This document shows positions 19,990 through 31,139 of a stretch of 64,000 nt of DNA, in pieces. Location of the stretch: NCBI GenBank assembly GCA_964628585.1, contig CAZVMH010000005.1, positions 2,491 through 66,490 of the forward strand. The letters are read 5' to 3'. The translations under genes were made by a program, and so were the position numbers. The DNA comes from an uncultured Candidatus Saccharibacteria bacterium (GTDB taxonomy: Bacteria > Patescibacteriota > UBA1384 > XYA2-FULL-43-10 > 1-14-0-10-43-13). A model generated the notes under the pieces. It was given only the letters and a program-made list of their open reading frames with translations. It was not told where the DNA came from and did no database searches. Numbering within the stretch: the stretch's first letter is position 1; each line of letters starts with the position of its first letter.

Positions 19990-21018
19990 TCAAAGAATTA
20001 ACATCGCGTCGCCGTAGGAGTAGAAACGATATTTTTTTGAGATTGCTTCAGCGTATGCTCTTTTAATATTTTTTTTGCCAGCGAAAGCTGAAACCAACAG
20101 CAAAAGACTTGATTTAGGCAGATGAAAATTTGTTATCAGCCCATCAATAACTTTAAATTCATAGCCCGGATAAATATAAATATTGGTTTGACCGATCAAG
20201 TCGTCAGTTGTAAGTTGTAAGTTGTAAGTTGAGAACAAATGTTCCAAAACTCTAGTCGTGGTTGTGCCAACGGCAATTACTCGTCCTCCGTTTTTCTTTG
20301 TCTGTAATATTTTTTCGACAGTTTCTTCTGGAACCTCGTAAAACTCTGAGTGGATTTTATGATCCTCAATTTCTTTTGTTTTAATTGATGACCAAGTCCC
20401 CATCCCAACATGCAAAGTCAGTTTGGCAAGGATTATTCCCTTGCGTTCGATCTTTTTTAATAGTCCTTTAGTAAAATGCAGGCCAGCTGTTGGAGCGGCG
20501 ACACTTCCAGTTTTATCAGCATATACAGTTTGATAATTTTTTATATCTGATGAAGTTTCTCTTTTGTCGATATATGGAGGAAGAGGAGTGTGGCCAATTT
20601 TTTCTATCGCTTTCCAAAAATTTTTTCCATCAATATTAAATTGTATGATAAATATTTCATTCTTTCTACCTAGAATCTTAGCGCTGATATTATTGCTAAA
20701 AATAATTGTCGAATTTAATTTTAAATTTTTCCCGACTACTTCCCAAGTGCCATCTTTCAACTGATGATTAAGAAGTGTTTCAATCTTTCCTCCTGTATCT
20801 TTTCTATGGCCAAAAAGACGAGCTGGAAAAACTTTTGAGTCATTTAGAACAAGTAGATCACCTTCTTTCAAGAAATCAACAACTTCATAAAAAGTATGAT
20901 GGATAAGTTTGCCACTTTTTTTGTCTAATACTAAAAGACGCGAATGATCTCTTGGATCCATTTGCGTTTTGGCGATTAGTATTTTTGGCAAAACATATTC
21001 GAAATCACTTAATTTCAT
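19990..21018 (-). CDS. queA: S-adenosylmethionine:tRNA ribosyltransferase-isomerase
   Basis: PLPPYI, YQTVYA, AAPTAGLHF, TNFHLPKS, YRFYSYGDAM. Confidence 0.97.
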   Translation of the reverse strand: MKLSDFEYVLPKILIAKTQMDPRDHSRLLVLDKKSGKLIHHTFYEVVDFLKEGDLLVLNDSKVFPARLFGHRKDTGGKIETLLNHQLKDGTWEVVGKNLKLNSTIIFSNNISAKILGRKNEIFIIQFNIDGKNFWKAIEKIGHTPLPPYIDKRETSSDIKNYQTVYADKTGSVAAPTAGLHFTKGLLKKIERKGIILAKLTLHVGMGTWSSIKTKEIEDHKIHSEFYEVPEETVEKILQTKKNGGRVIAVGTTTTRVLEHLFSTYNLQLTTDDLIGQTNIYIYPGYEFKVIDGLITNFHLPKSSLLLLVSAFAGKKNIKRAYAEAISKKYRFYSYGDAMLIL

Positions 21019-21908
21019 TTTAAATCGACTTCTTGACCTTCTTCTAGTCTTCCTTCTTCATTTTCTTGCTTCTCATCTGAAATTTTCGTGAAATAGATTC
21101 TATCAATATTATTTTTTTTGGTTTTATTATTTTTAGAATCCTGCTTTGTTATTACCCTGTTTTCAGAAATAATTTTTGTAGTCTTAATGACTGATTCTTT
21201 ACTCTTAATATTTTCTCCCTGATTTGATTCTACTTGCGGTGTAACAATTGTTTTATTCTGTTCTTTTTTGATTTTATCAATGTTTTTTAAAAGTAAATTA
21301 TCACATGAATCTTTTGAATAGCATTCCTCGCTTCCAAAATCTTCCAGTATCGTTGACTTAATGGTCTTATTATCTGGCTTGCTTCGTTTTGTGTAGGCTT
21401 CATGAAGATCTAAAATTTTTTTAGAAATTTCGTAAGGATGAGGAATATTTTTAAATGCAAAATTGGGTGTCTCAGCAGCAGTTTGGACATTAATATTACC
21501 ATAATGAAGAAGAGTAGGAAAAATTCCATCAACATGGGCGCTTACATCTTGAATCATACGCAAATTTAATTCGCTAATTTCTCTTTTGAAAAGACCATTT
21601 TGAACGATATCAACAATCCTCCGATCTGTAATAATGTAAACGTCTAAATAGAAATCAATAAAACCATTAATAAGCAATGCAAAAAGAAAGAGGACATATA
21701 TTGAACATGTCAAAATCGCAACATTCCCGACTAATTGAGTCATAAAATCTTGGTTGTTGATTGCATATGAAAAAAAGATTATCAAGGGAATTATTAGGAG
21801 GGTGGTTACAAACCAAAAAATTGCATAGGTAAACCAATGTCGTCGCAAGATAAGCAAAATTCTTTCATCTTTTTCCTGTGCTGGAAAAAGTCTTTTTTCA
21901 ATATTCAT
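21015..21908 (-). CDS. Membrane protein with bacterial PH domain
   Basis: RRHW, 2 TM, IITDRRIVD...IQDV...YGNINVQTA. Confidence 0.8.
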   Translation of the reverse strand: MNIEKRLFPAQEKDERILLILRRHWFTYAIFWFVTTLLIIPLIIFFSYAINNQDFMTQLVGNVAILTCSIYVLFLFALLINGFIDFYLDVYIITDRRIVDIVQNGLFKREISELNLRMIQDVSAHVDGIFPTLLHYGNINVQTAAETPNFAFKNIPHPYEISKKILDLHEAYTKRSKPDNKTIKSTILEDFGSEECYSKDSCDNLLLKNIDKIKKEQNKTIVTPQVESNQGENIKSKESVIKTTKIISENRVITKQDSKNNKTKKNNIDRIYFTKISDEKQENEEGRLEEGQEVDLK

Positions 21909-22114
21909 AAACTAAAATCCGAAGGCCAACTTCTTGTCGCGATTAAGACAAAAGTTACCGCAATTACAATAGCACTTAATACAATATATATAGCTATTAC
22001 TGGACGGGTTAAATCCCCCACGTAACCAAAACGATTTAGATGGTAAATAGCAGCCACACTAAAAATAATGAAGATGATTAATAAGATAAAGTAAATAAAC
22101 AACAAAGTTAACAT
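21905..22114 (-). CDS. Small two-TM protein
   Basis: Overlaps both neighbours; YHLNRFG motif. Confidence 0.7.
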   Translation of the reverse strand: MLTLLFIYFILLIIFIIFSVAAIYHLNRFGYVGDLTRPVIAIYIVLSAIVIAVTFVLIATRSWPSDFSL

Positions 22115-22698
22115 TATTCCAATCTTCCTTCATCGGCCGATTCGTTGCAGCCACAATACTTAGGTATCATTATATCATGATTACGGGCATAATTTCTACC
22201 CTTCCAGTAACCTTTTCGAAAATCTTTATAAAATAAATTTATTTTATTTTGAGTTGCTAGTTCGAGCGCTTTGTCCCAAATTTCTTCATGATCTCTGTAG
22301 GGAGAACAGAGCATTGTTGTAGTAAAATATTTTAGTCGCAATTTTTTTGTTTGTCTGACTAAATTGTTGATTAATAAAGAGACACAAATTTGACAACGGT
22401 TCCTTCTGTATCTCTTTTTATCAGAGATATATTTTATCGAATGTTGATCTTGATACGGCATCAAAATTGAAAAAAAGTCTTGAATATCATAAGGAGGAAT
22501 AATAAGTTTAATCTCACTTGCTTCACAAAGTTTTTTTACATCGGAAAGCCTTCTTAGGTATTCCGCCCTGCCATGAACTTCTGGATGATAGAAGTAAGCA
22601 ATAATTTTAAAATTATTTTCTTCCAATATTGAAAAAACATTACTGGCGCAAGCAGCACAGCATACATGAACTAAAATTTTTCGGTGCGTAGCTACCAT
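22114..22698 (-). CDS. queH: Epoxyqueuosine reductase QueH (DUF208)
   Basis: LVHVCCAAC, RCQIC, YCGC; near queA. Confidence 0.88.
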   Translation of the reverse strand: MVATHRKILVHVCCAACASNVFSILEENNFKIIAYFYHPEVHGRAEYLRRLSDVKKLCEASEIKLIIPPYDIQDFFSILMPYQDQHSIKYISDKKRYRRNRCQICVSLLINNLVRQTKKLRLKYFTTTMLCSPYRDHEEIWDKALELATQNKINLFYKDFRKGYWKGRNYARNHDIMIPKYCGCNESADEGRLE

Positions 22699-22713
22699 TG
22701 AGTTATAAATTTA

Positions 22714-23736
22714 TTAAAATAATTTTTGTTTGTTGATATCTGACTTTATCTCCAAATGATTAGATGCGGCTATGGTTGCAATTCTTCCCTTTGGTGTACG
22801 ATCAATAAAACCCAGTTGCAACAGATACGGCTCAATTACATCCTCGACCGTATCTCGATCTTCTGAAATGGCAGCACAAATTGTATCGAGTCCGACCGGC
22901 CCGCCACTAAATTTGCCAATAATACAATTTAGATATTCCCTGTCATTTCTGTCTAACCCTAACTCATCAATATCAATTTTTTTTAGCGCCTCAGCTGCAA
23001 TGCGCTTGTCAACGCTACCCTTGTGTTTAACTTCAGCATAATCTCTAACTCGTTTTAATATACGGTTGGCAATTCTAGGAGTCTTTCTGCTCCTTTTAGC
23101 AATCTCTAAAATCCCATCTTCATCAATTTCTACTCTTAATATTTTGGCTGCCCTCCTAATAATCTCTGCCACCTCTTCTATTGTATAGAATTCGAGTCTA
23201 TGGACTGCACCAAATCGATCACGTAAAGGAGAAGAAAGGGAACCAATTTTGGTAGTAGCACCGACCAAAGTGAACCGAGGTAAGTTTAAACGCATAGTTT
23301 TAGCGGATGGGCCTTTGCCTAAAATCAAATCTATGGCATAATCCTCCATTGCAGGGTAGAGAACTTCTTCAATGTTTCGATTAAGTCTGTGTATCTCATC
23401 TATAAATAAAATATCGCCGTTCTTTAAGTTAGTCAGAATTGAGGCCAAATCTCCAGCTCTCTCGATGGCTGGTCCGGAGGTAACCTTTATCCCGACCCCG
23501 GTTTCACCAGCAATGATATGGGCAAGAGTTGTTTTTCCGAGACCTGGAGGCCCATAAAGCATGACATGTTCAATTGCCTCACCCCGCTTTTGAGCTGCCT
23601 CAATAAAAATTAAAAGATTTTCTTTGATTTGAGATTGTCCGACATAATCAGCAAAACGTTTAGGACGCAAAGTGTTTTCAAATTCCTCTTCAGAATTTAA
23701 CTCAAATTCTCCTTCAATATCAAATTCTTCATTCAT
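22714..23736 (-). CDS. ruvB: Holliday junction helicase RuvB
   Basis: [36 protein letters not shown]. Confidence 0.98.
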   Translation of the reverse strand: MNEEFDIEGEFELNSEEEFENTLRPKRFADYVGQSQIKENLLIFIEAAQKRGEAIEHVMLYGPPGLGKTTLAHIIAGETGVGIKVTSGPAIERAGDLASILTNLKNGDILFIDEIHRLNRNIEEVLYPAMEDYAIDLILGKGPSAKTMRLNLPRFTLVGATTKIGSLSSPLRDRFGAVHRLEFYTIEEVAEIIRRAAKILRVEIDEDGILEIAKRSRKTPRIANRILKRVRDYAEVKHKGSVDKRIAAEALKKIDIDELGLDRNDREYLNCIIGKFSGGPVGLDTICAAISEDRDTVEDVIEPYLLQLGFIDRTPKGRIATIAASNHLEIKSDINKQKLF

Positions 23737-23794
23737 TATTGTTAAATGGTTAAGTGGTTGCTTGTTTTGTGGTAAACTTTATAAACTTTATGAA

Positions 23795-24346
23795 CTACTT
23801 AATGTTTTTCAGACACCAACGTATTTGCTCTTCGCTCTCTAATAATCCCTTTGGAATTCGACTTAACACTCGTGCTACTTCTACCTTTTTATACCCCAAA
23901 GAAAGAAGTGCGTCCATTATTTCATCGGATTGATCCATTTTTTCTAAAATACCTGAATCTTCTAAACCAGATAATTTTGATTTTAACTCAAGTATAATTT
24001 TGGCTGCTGCTTTTTTACCTATTCCTGAAATTGGTAGAAAGAAATCAACATTTCCAATAACAATGGCATTCTGAATTTCGCCTATACTTGCTGATGACAT
24101 AATATTAAGACCAGCTTTTGGACCGATTCCATTTACTGAGATAAGTTTTTCAAAAAGTATGAGTTCTTCATACTTTTCAAAACCGTATAGATCATGACAA
24201 TCTTCACGGATTACTTCATGAATATATAGTTCCTTCTCGCCACCATAATTCTTTGTGCAAAATATTTTATACCCAACTCCACCCGCTTCTAAAATAAGTG
24301 AGCTACCTCCCGATAAAATTATTTTGCCTTTTAGATATGCGATCAT
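23795..24346 (-). CDS. ruvA: Holliday junction binding protein RuvA
   Basis: MIAYLKG, GVGY, LYGF, VNGIGPK, ALLSLGY. Confidence 0.96.
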   Translation of the reverse strand: MIAYLKGKIILSGGSSLILEAGGVGYKIFCTKNYGGEKELYIHEVIREDCHDLYGFEKYEELILFEKLISVNGIGPKAGLNIMSSASIGEIQNAIVIGNVDFFLPISGIGKKAAAKIILELKSKLSGLEDSGILEKMDQSDEIMDALLSLGYKKVEVARVLSRIPKGLLESEEQIRWCLKNIK

Positions 24347-25704
24347 TGCAAACTTTTTATTAGTTTGTCCAATTCTTCTTCTTTTTCATTTTTTAAAGAC
24401 TCAGACTTAGCTTCAAGATTAAGGCGTAAAAATTTTTCTCCAGTGTTAGAAGTCCGCATATTGAAGCGCCAATCAGTAAATTCTATAGATAGGATATCCG
24501 TTCTATCAATAATCCCTGATTTGTATTTTTCTTCTGCTACTTTGAGGATATTATCAGCATTTGGAGTTTTATAATTAATCTCTCCAGAAATAAAATATTT
24601 CCGACGAACTGGTTCGATAATTTTTGAGAGCTTTTTTGCCTCCTTTGAAACGATCTCAATAACCTGCAGAAGCGGGAGCATGCCACAATCAGCGTACCAA
24701 AATTCTCGGTAGTATGTATGACCGCTCGATTCCCCAGAAAAGATTGCATTCTCTTTTCGCATACGAGCTTTGATGAAGGAATGGCCAACTCTTTCCATGA
24801 CAGCAACACTACCAGCTTCCTTCGTTGCCTCAATTAGAGCCCAAGTATACCTCGGATCATAAACGATTTTTTGTCCAGGAAATTTCTTTAAGATATCGCT
24901 GATTAGAATTGAATTGATAAAATAGGAATCCACAAAAAGACCATTGTCGTCAACAAAGAAAACTCTGTCGGCGTCAGCATCCCACATTACACCAAAATCG
25001 GCCTTTTCTTTTTTGACCAAATCAATAGTCTCCGTACGATTTTCTGGCACAAAAGGATCTGGTCTCCCTTTTGGAAAAGTGCCGTCAGGCTCAGCATTTA
25101 TGGAAATTATTTCAAACGGAAGGCTTCCCATTTCTATAAGTTTTTTCAATATTCTTCCTTCAAAACCAAAGTTTGGGTTAGCAACAATTTTTAAAGATTT
25201 AATTGATTTTTTATCAATAAAGTTTAAAAGGTAATTACAGTAGTCAATTAGAATTTCTTTTATCTCAACTTTACCCTTATTATCAGAAACAATTTTTTTA
25301 TCTGATAGAACAAAATCTTTTATATCTTCTATCCCAGAAACTCCCGAAATAGGAATGACATTCTCACGGACTAATTTAAATCCGTGGTATTCAGAGCTAT
25401 CATGAGAAGCGGTTACTTGGATGCCTCCACCATAACCGTAGTTGCCAGTAGCAAAATAAATCATTTCTGTTGAAATTAAACCGATGTCAACAACATCTAT
25501 CCCTGCGTCTGTAAGTCCAGAAATCATTGATTTCTTCAACTCTTCCGAATGGGTTCTAACATCATGACCGATTACAATAGGTTTCTTGGGTTTCACTAGA
25601 TCAACATAACCTTGAGCGATTTTATAGGCAATCTCTTCATTGATATTATCGGGATAGATTCCTCGTATGTCGTACGCTTTAAAAATTGATGGATCGATTT
25701 TCAT
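24343..25704 (-). CDS. Phosphomannomutase/phosphoglucomutase
   Basis: FKAYDIRG, TASH, DADADR, GESSGH. Confidence 0.93.
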   Translation of the reverse strand: MKIDPSIFKAYDIRGIYPDNINEEIAYKIAQGYVDLVKPKKPIVIGHDVRTHSEELKKSMISGLTDAGIDVVDIGLISTEMIYFATGNYGYGGGIQVTASHDSSEYHGFKLVRENVIPISGVSGIEDIKDFVLSDKKIVSDNKGKVEIKEILIDYCNYLLNFIDKKSIKSLKIVANPNFGFEGRILKKLIEMGSLPFEIISINAEPDGTFPKGRPDPFVPENRTETIDLVKKEKADFGVMWDADADRVFFVDDNGLFVDSYFINSILISDILKKFPGQKIVYDPRYTWALIEATKEAGSVAVMERVGHSFIKARMRKENAIFSGESSGHTYYREFWYADCGMLPLLQVIEIVSKEAKKLSKIIEPVRRKYFISGEINYKTPNADNILKVAEEKYKSGIIDRTDILSIEFTDWRFNMRTSNTGEKFLRLNLEAKSESLKNEKEEELDKLIKSLQ

Positions 25705-25706
25705 AT

Positions 25707-26666
25707 TCAGACCTCATTAATATTAAGAATATCATCTACTGATTTTGAGGCAGCCATTAAATATTTTACAAATATATGATTTTTCAGGTCTTCAATTCTT
25801 TTTTCTTTATGTTTGGTATGCTCAAGCACAAAATCAAATGAATGTATTGTCAGCCTGATAATGCTACATCTAAAAAATTCTTTTTCTTCCTTTGTTTTTA
25901 GAAATACATTCAATTTTTCTTGCCAATTTGGGTTTTTCCATAAGTATAACCAAAGAAAAGTAAAATCGACCATATAATTATCGGCACAAAACCACTCCAA
26001 ATCAGAAAAACTTATTTGATCATCTGGAGTGACAATAATATTTGAAGGAGTAAGATCTCCGTCACAGCTACTTCGGAAGGAACTTTTAAAATAATTATTT
26101 GCTTTTGATTTATAATAATTTACAGGTGTTGAAAGAGAAATACCGAGATCATTTTCAATAGCTTTTAGATCATATTCTTCGATTTGCTCGTAAAATCTTT
26201 TTGGGATTGAATACAACCTGGCATCTTTAATTTGTCGTAATATTTTTAAATTGCTCACTATCCCGTCGATTATTTTTTTACTCTTAGGCAAAAGTTCCTG
26301 CTTGATAGGATTGTTATATAAGGGATCGTCCGGTTGGGTTTCTCCTCCTAGGGGTGTTCCTGAAATGTAATCCTTTAACATCCAAAAATATTGCCCTATT
26401 TCTCCACTTTTTACTACCCTTGCCATCGCAGTTTTCTTGTTGAATTTGCTTTCAAAATCCTGCGTTATTTTATCAATGAGAATTTCTTTTAGTAACCTGT
26501 CGACTCTCGCCTGATTTTTTTTAGTAGAAATTTTCAATATTGCTTTTTTATTAAGAAACTTTCCCTTGCTCACAATATAATTTTCAGTCTCACTGAATTT
26601 TAATACTTGATCTTCTTGGAAACCTATTTCTTCTATTATTCTTATGAGGTCTTCTTTAAAACTCAT
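25707..26666 (-). CDS. APH/choline-kinase-like phosphotransferase
   Basis: ILK...E, DGDLTPSNII, FSDLEW. Confidence 0.7.
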   Translation of the reverse strand: MSFKEDLIRIIEEIGFQEDQVLKFSETENYIVSKGKFLNKKAILKISTKKNQARVDRLLKEILIDKITQDFESKFNKKTAMARVVKSGEIGQYFWMLKDYISGTPLGGETQPDDPLYNNPIKQELLPKSKKIIDGIVSNLKILRQIKDARLYSIPKRFYEQIEEYDLKAIENDLGISLSTPVNYYKSKANNYFKSSFRSSCDGDLTPSNIIVTPDDQISFSDLEWFCADNYMVDFTFLWLYLWKNPNWQEKLNVFLKTKEEKEFFRCSIIRLTIHSFDFVLEHTKHKEKRIEDLKNHIFVKYLMAASKSVDDILNINEV

Positions 26667-26678
26667 TTTAGTCTGTCT

Positions 26679-27725
26679 TTAATGTTTTAATTGATTATAC
26701 AAATCTTCATATTGGTCAGTCATTTTTTCAATATTAAATCGTTTCTCGGCCGATTGTCTACAGAATGACCTCTTGATCTTTTCAATTTTTTCTGAAGATT
26801 TTACTAAGGCATTAATATCGCCCCTCTTAACCACGAAACCATTTTTACCATCTTTAATAATCTCTTTTACAGGTTCCACATCGTATGCGATAACAGGTGT
26901 ACCACAGGTAAGAGATTCGATCATTACTAAACCGAACGCTTCATCAATTTTTGAAGTGAAAAGAACGGCTTTTGCTTTACCGTAATATTTATTTTTTTCT
27001 TCTAACCCCAATTGACCAACAAATTGAATGTTTTTAGTTAAGTTAGGTTTAATTGTCTGTTCAAAAAACTTTGGGTCGCTTTTTGTTCCAGCAATTAGTA
27101 GTTTTTTGCCACTCTTTTGGGCAAACTTTATGGCATCACCTGCTCCCTTCTTGTCACACATACCCCCGATCCAAAGATAATAATCTTCAGAATGGTCAGA
27201 ATAATCAAAACTGTTTATTTCGATTCCATGATATATCACTTTTGACCTCTTCGGATTGGGCCAATGATGCAAAAAAGCATGTGATGGAAACACATAATAT
27301 GGAGAATCATATTTCCTGAATATCATTTTTATATCATCTGTGTCATAATCACTATATCCGTGCACTGTAACAACAACTGGCTTATCTATAAATTTGAGTA
27401 TTGGCAAAAAATAATAAAAAGAAAATAGACTGACATGAAACACATCGAACTCATCTTTTCTCAATAGTACCTGTGTTAATTCTTCTATAGTAAATAAAGA
27501 TATTTTTCTCTTAGAAAAATCTTTGAGGCTTTTTGAAAACAGATCATTTGGTTCGCAAATATTGACAACCTTGCCAGAAACTTTGCTTCCTGCGCAGGCG
27601 AACAAGGTAATGTCATGACCTCTTTTAGCCAAAGACTCTGAATAACCATAAGTCCAAGATTCCGTTCCAGCGGAAGAATTTATATTGATTGGCCTGCTAA
27701 TATCACCTATTATTGCGATCTTCAT
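26679..27725 (-). CDS. GT4 glycosyltransferase
   Basis: AGTE, RGHDITLFA, EAFGLVMIESLTCGTPVI. Confidence 0.93.
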   Translation of the reverse strand: MKIAIIGDISRPININSSAGTESWTYGYSESLAKRGHDITLFACAGSKVSGKVVNICEPNDLFSKSLKDFSKRKISLFTIEELTQVLLRKDEFDVFHVSLFSFYYFLPILKFIDKPVVVTVHGYSDYDTDDIKMIFRKYDSPYYVFPSHAFLHHWPNPKRSKVIYHGIEINSFDYSDHSEDYYLWIGGMCDKKGAGDAIKFAQKSGKKLLIAGTKSDPKFFEQTIKPNLTKNIQFVGQLGLEEKNKYYGKAKAVLFTSKIDEAFGLVMIESLTCGTPVIAYDVEPVKEIIKDGKNGFVVKRGDINALVKSSEKIEKIKRSFCRQSAEKRFNIEKMTDQYEDLYNQLKH

Positions 27726-28908
27726 ATTTCCCTCGAATACTCTTACTAAATAAATCTATAAATTTTTGACCAATCTTGGGCCATTCAATTTGTCTTCCTA
27801 GCACCTTTGCATTTGCTGAATACTTTTTAATTAGATCCGGATTCTGAATTAATTTATTGATTGCCAATGAAATTGATTTTGAATCTTTAAATTTTACCAA
27901 TTCTCCAACTTTATAATTCTTCACTACATCCTGAGCAAAAACGTAAGGCGTAGAAACTATGCACTTGCCTGCTTCGATTGCATAGCTCAATGTGCCAGAA
28001 CTGGCCTGTTCCTTAGAATAATATGGAGTAATATATATGTTGGTATTGGCTAGGTATCTATAGATTGCGTCGAATTTTAAATAGTAAGGATAAAAAAAGA
28101 CGTTATTTTCTAATTTCAATTTTTTAGAGAGTTTTACTAGATAGTGCATATATTTCCTGGATTTTTTAGGATGAGTTTTACCTAAAATTGCATATTTTAT
28201 GCTTAATTTGGGATTGTTTTTTATGATTTCCGGTAAAGCCATTATCATATATTCTAACCCCTTCTTGGGGGTAATAAGACCAAAAGTAGAAATTACAAAA
28301 TCATTTTTTTTGAATCCTAAAGTCTCTTTCTTTTTTTGGTCTTTTTCTATTTGGACCGAAGAAACTCTTTCAGCACCATGTGGTACCACATAGGTCTTAT
28401 TTAAAGAATTTTTTACATTTTTTTCAAGATAAGACTTAGCCGTTTCCGTCATGACAGAGATACCATCAACATAAGCAAACATTTTGCCCGATAATTTGTT
28501 TCTACTTTTATATCTTTTTGCTCTGATTCTGACTGGTTCATCTAAATTAATCGAAACGGTATGGAGTGTAATTACAACCGGTTTCTTCAAATGTTTTAAA
28601 AGAAACAAGAGTTTGTTTCCATTAAAACCACCGTAAATTCCGAATTCATGTTGAACGGAAACGACATCACAATCTGAGTTGTTGATTAACTCTGCAGCTT
28701 TAAGATAGTCCCCATCATTGTTCTGTGAGATCGAGGCAATGACCTCTTTTGGATAATTATACTTGTCATCGTTCATAGCTATAACAGAAGCTCTGACGTT
28801 TGGATCAGCAGATTTTATTGCCTTAATTAAATTATTTGTATAAGTTGCAATCCCGCATTCTCTTGGAATATAACTTGATATAAAGATAATCTTGAGACCA
28901 GTACTCAT
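27703..28908 (-). CDS. GT4 glycosyltransferase (mannosyltransferase-like)
   Basis: PRECGIATY, QHEFGIYGG, QASSGTLSYA. Confidence 0.92.
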   Translation of the reverse strand: MSTGLKIIFISSYIPRECGIATYTNNLIKAIKSADPNVRASVIAMNDDKYNYPKEVIASISQNNDGDYLKAAELINNSDCDVVSVQHEFGIYGGFNGNKLLFLLKHLKKPVVITLHTVSINLDEPVRIRAKRYKSRNKLSGKMFAYVDGISVMTETAKSYLEKNVKNSLNKTYVVPHGAERVSSVQIEKDQKKKETLGFKKNDFVISTFGLITPKKGLEYMIMALPEIIKNNPKLSIKYAILGKTHPKKSRKYMHYLVKLSKKLKLENNVFFYPYYLKFDAIYRYLANTNIYITPYYSKEQASSGTLSYAIEAGKCIVSTPYVFAQDVVKNYKVGELVKFKDSKSISLAINKLIQNPDLIKKYSANAKVLGRQIEWPKIGQKFIDLFSKSIRGKYEDRNNR

Positions 28909-28910
28909 TA

Positions 28911-30119
28911 TTATTTTTCCTTATTACTTTCTTTTTTAGTTTTTTTTTGATCTTCTTTATAACATTCAAGAAACAGGTTCAGATAGTTTCTAGCGGTTTT
29001 TGACCAAATTTGTTGTCGAACATACTTATAAGATAAATTTTGCATTCTATGTCTGGCTTTTGGATGTTCAATTAAGAAATTAATTTCTTCAGCAATGGCA
29101 TGACTATTTGCCGGTGGTACCAACAGACCCCTATGATCGGCTAAAACCTCTTTGGCATAATCGAATGGAGTGGAAACACAGGCTCTTCCGCAAGCCATAG
29201 CATATGTAAGAGTACCAGAAGAAACCTGATCTAAGACCAGAAAAGGTGCGACAAAGACATTCGAGGCCATTAGGTAATTAAGCAGATCTGAATAACTTAC
29301 AAATTTATTGATGAATTTTACATTATCTGAAAGTTTTAGTTTTTTAACTCTGTCTTTTAGCCCCTGATAATATTCTGGATTTCTTTGCGGATGGTAACGA
29401 CCAATCAATAACAGCTTAGTGTTTGGATGCGCTTTAACAACATCTGCCATTGCTTCGATTAAGTATTCATAGCCTTTTTTTGGTCTCATTAAGCCAAAGG
29501 AAGAAATGATCGTGTCTTTTTTAGAGAATCCCATCATTTCTTTAAAAAATCCTGAGGAATATCTGGGCACATTTGGAGCACCATGCGGAATAACAATAAT
29601 TTTGTCAGGACTTATATTATATTTTTTGACTAGAATTTTTTTAGCAATATCGGCTAAAACAACAATACGGACGGATCTTTCACAAATCTCTCTAACAACT
29701 TCGAGATGATGAGGTGCCGGTTTTTTATAGACCATATGAAGAGTCGTAACAGCTGGTTTTTTTAAGGCGCGAAGAAAAATTAAAAAGTTTTTACCATCAT
29801 CTTGTCCCAAAGTTTCAGGGTTAACTTTGGCCCCATACAGCCCAAACTCATGTTGTATGTTTACTACCTGTGCATCACTTTTATTGATAAATTCAGCCGC
29901 TTTTTTATAGCCCTCATGATCTTTATCGTTGAAATGGAACTTTACAGATGAAGAATATTTGTAACCCTTATCGTTGTCTTCTACTGCCACAATAAAATCA
30001 TCCATGTCTGGGTTTTTTTCTTTCATCACTTTTCGTAGCGCAAATGCATAGGTGGCAATTCCACATGCTTTTGGCAAAAATGCGGTGAAATGAGCAATTT
30101 TGGTTATTTTATCTGCCAT
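28911..30119 (-). CDS. GT4 glycosyltransferase, paralog of 27703..28908
   Basis: PKACGIATY, QHEFGLYG, QVSSGTLTYA. Confidence 0.92.
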   Translation of the reverse strand: MADKITKIAHFTAFLPKACGIATYAFALRKVMKEKNPDMDDFIVAVEDNDKGYKYSSSVKFHFNDKDHEGYKKAAEFINKSDAQVVNIQHEFGLYGAKVNPETLGQDDGKNFLIFLRALKKPAVTTLHMVYKKPAPHHLEVVREICERSVRIVVLADIAKKILVKKYNISPDKIIVIPHGAPNVPRYSSGFFKEMMGFSKKDTIISSFGLMRPKKGYEYLIEAMADVVKAHPNTKLLLIGRYHPQRNPEYYQGLKDRVKKLKLSDNVKFINKFVSYSDLLNYLMASNVFVAPFLVLDQVSSGTLTYAMACGRACVSTPFDYAKEVLADHRGLLVPPANSHAIAEEINFLIEHPKARHRMQNLSYKYVRQQIWSKTARNYLNLFLECYKEDQKKTKKESNKEK

Positions 30120-30121
30120 TT

Positions 30122-31129
30122 TTATCCTTTTTCACTCTTTCTTAAATACTCTGCCGCCTCTTCAGGCGACATAACATCAATAATTACTTCGCTTCCTAAT
30201 TCGAACCCGCCAAAATTTGAAACACGAGGAATTATCTCTAAATGCCAGTGAAATGACTCCGAATCTTGTTCTATAGTGGGCAGTGTATGAATATACAGAT
30301 TAAAAGGCGGATTTTCAAGTGTTTTGTCAAGTTTTCGAAGTGTTTCCATAAGACAATCAACAAAGTCCTGCATGCTTTCTTTTGAAATTTTTTGAAACTC
30401 ACTTTCATGGTGTTTGGGATAAATCCATGTTTCAAAAGGGAATCTAGCAGCGTAAAAAGTTGCCACTAAGAAGTTTTTGTTTTCATAAACTACTCTTACT
30501 TTTTCCTTTAATTCGTGCTGGACCATATCGCAAAAAACACAGTGACCATTAATACCATAATATCGGTTAGCTCCAGTCATCTCTTTTCCGACTGTATTGG
30601 CGATTACCCCTGAAGCAAAAATTTGGGCATGAGGGTGATTAATAGATGCTCCTGATTCAGCACCATGATTGTAAATTGGCATTATTGATGCAATATTTTC
30701 TTTTTTATGAATCGAGATATAACGATCTCTTATAACTTCAAAAAATTCAACGGCAATTTCATTTGTTATACAAGGCAGAGAAGTGTCATGATCTTTTAGA
30801 ACAACAACTTCATGTTTTCCAACGGATATCCTCTGGCGATAAAAACCTTTTTCTGGATAAAAACTTCGCAATGATGACTCATCGTCTGTGTCGACAAAAG
30901 CAGGATATTTATTTTCAATAACATAGACATTTTTTGTAGCAGACCCACGAATTTTTTCATTGGAGTTATACCCCTCTGAATTTATGCAGAATGGACACTT
31001 TTTTTTATCCGATACGGTCACGCTTTTAGGAATAACGAAATCTTGCGGACGTTTGGATCGCTCGGGAGCAATTACGACCCAATCACCAGTAATAATATTT
31101 TGTCTAAGTTGTGGCACGGTTCCCTCCAT
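30122..31129 (-). CDS. galT: Galactose-1-phosphate uridylyltransferase family
   Basis: RSKRP, CPFC, NKYPA, GASINHPHAQI. Confidence 0.9.
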   Translation of the reverse strand: MEGTVPQLRQNIITGDWVVIAPERSKRPQDFVIPKSVTVSDKKKCPFCINSEGYNSNEKIRGSATKNVYVIENKYPAFVDTDDESSLRSFYPEKGFYRQRISVGKHEVVVLKDHDTSLPCITNEIAVEFFEVIRDRYISIHKKENIASIMPIYNHGAESGASINHPHAQIFASGVIANTVGKEMTGANRYYGINGHCVFCDMVQHELKEKVRVVYENKNFLVATFYAARFPFETWIYPKHHESEFQKISKESMQDFVDCLMETLRKLDKTLENPPFNLYIHTLPTIEQDSESFHWHLEIIPRVSNFGGFELGSEVIIDVMSPEEAAEYLRKSEKG

Positions 31130-31139
31130 TTTCTTACTA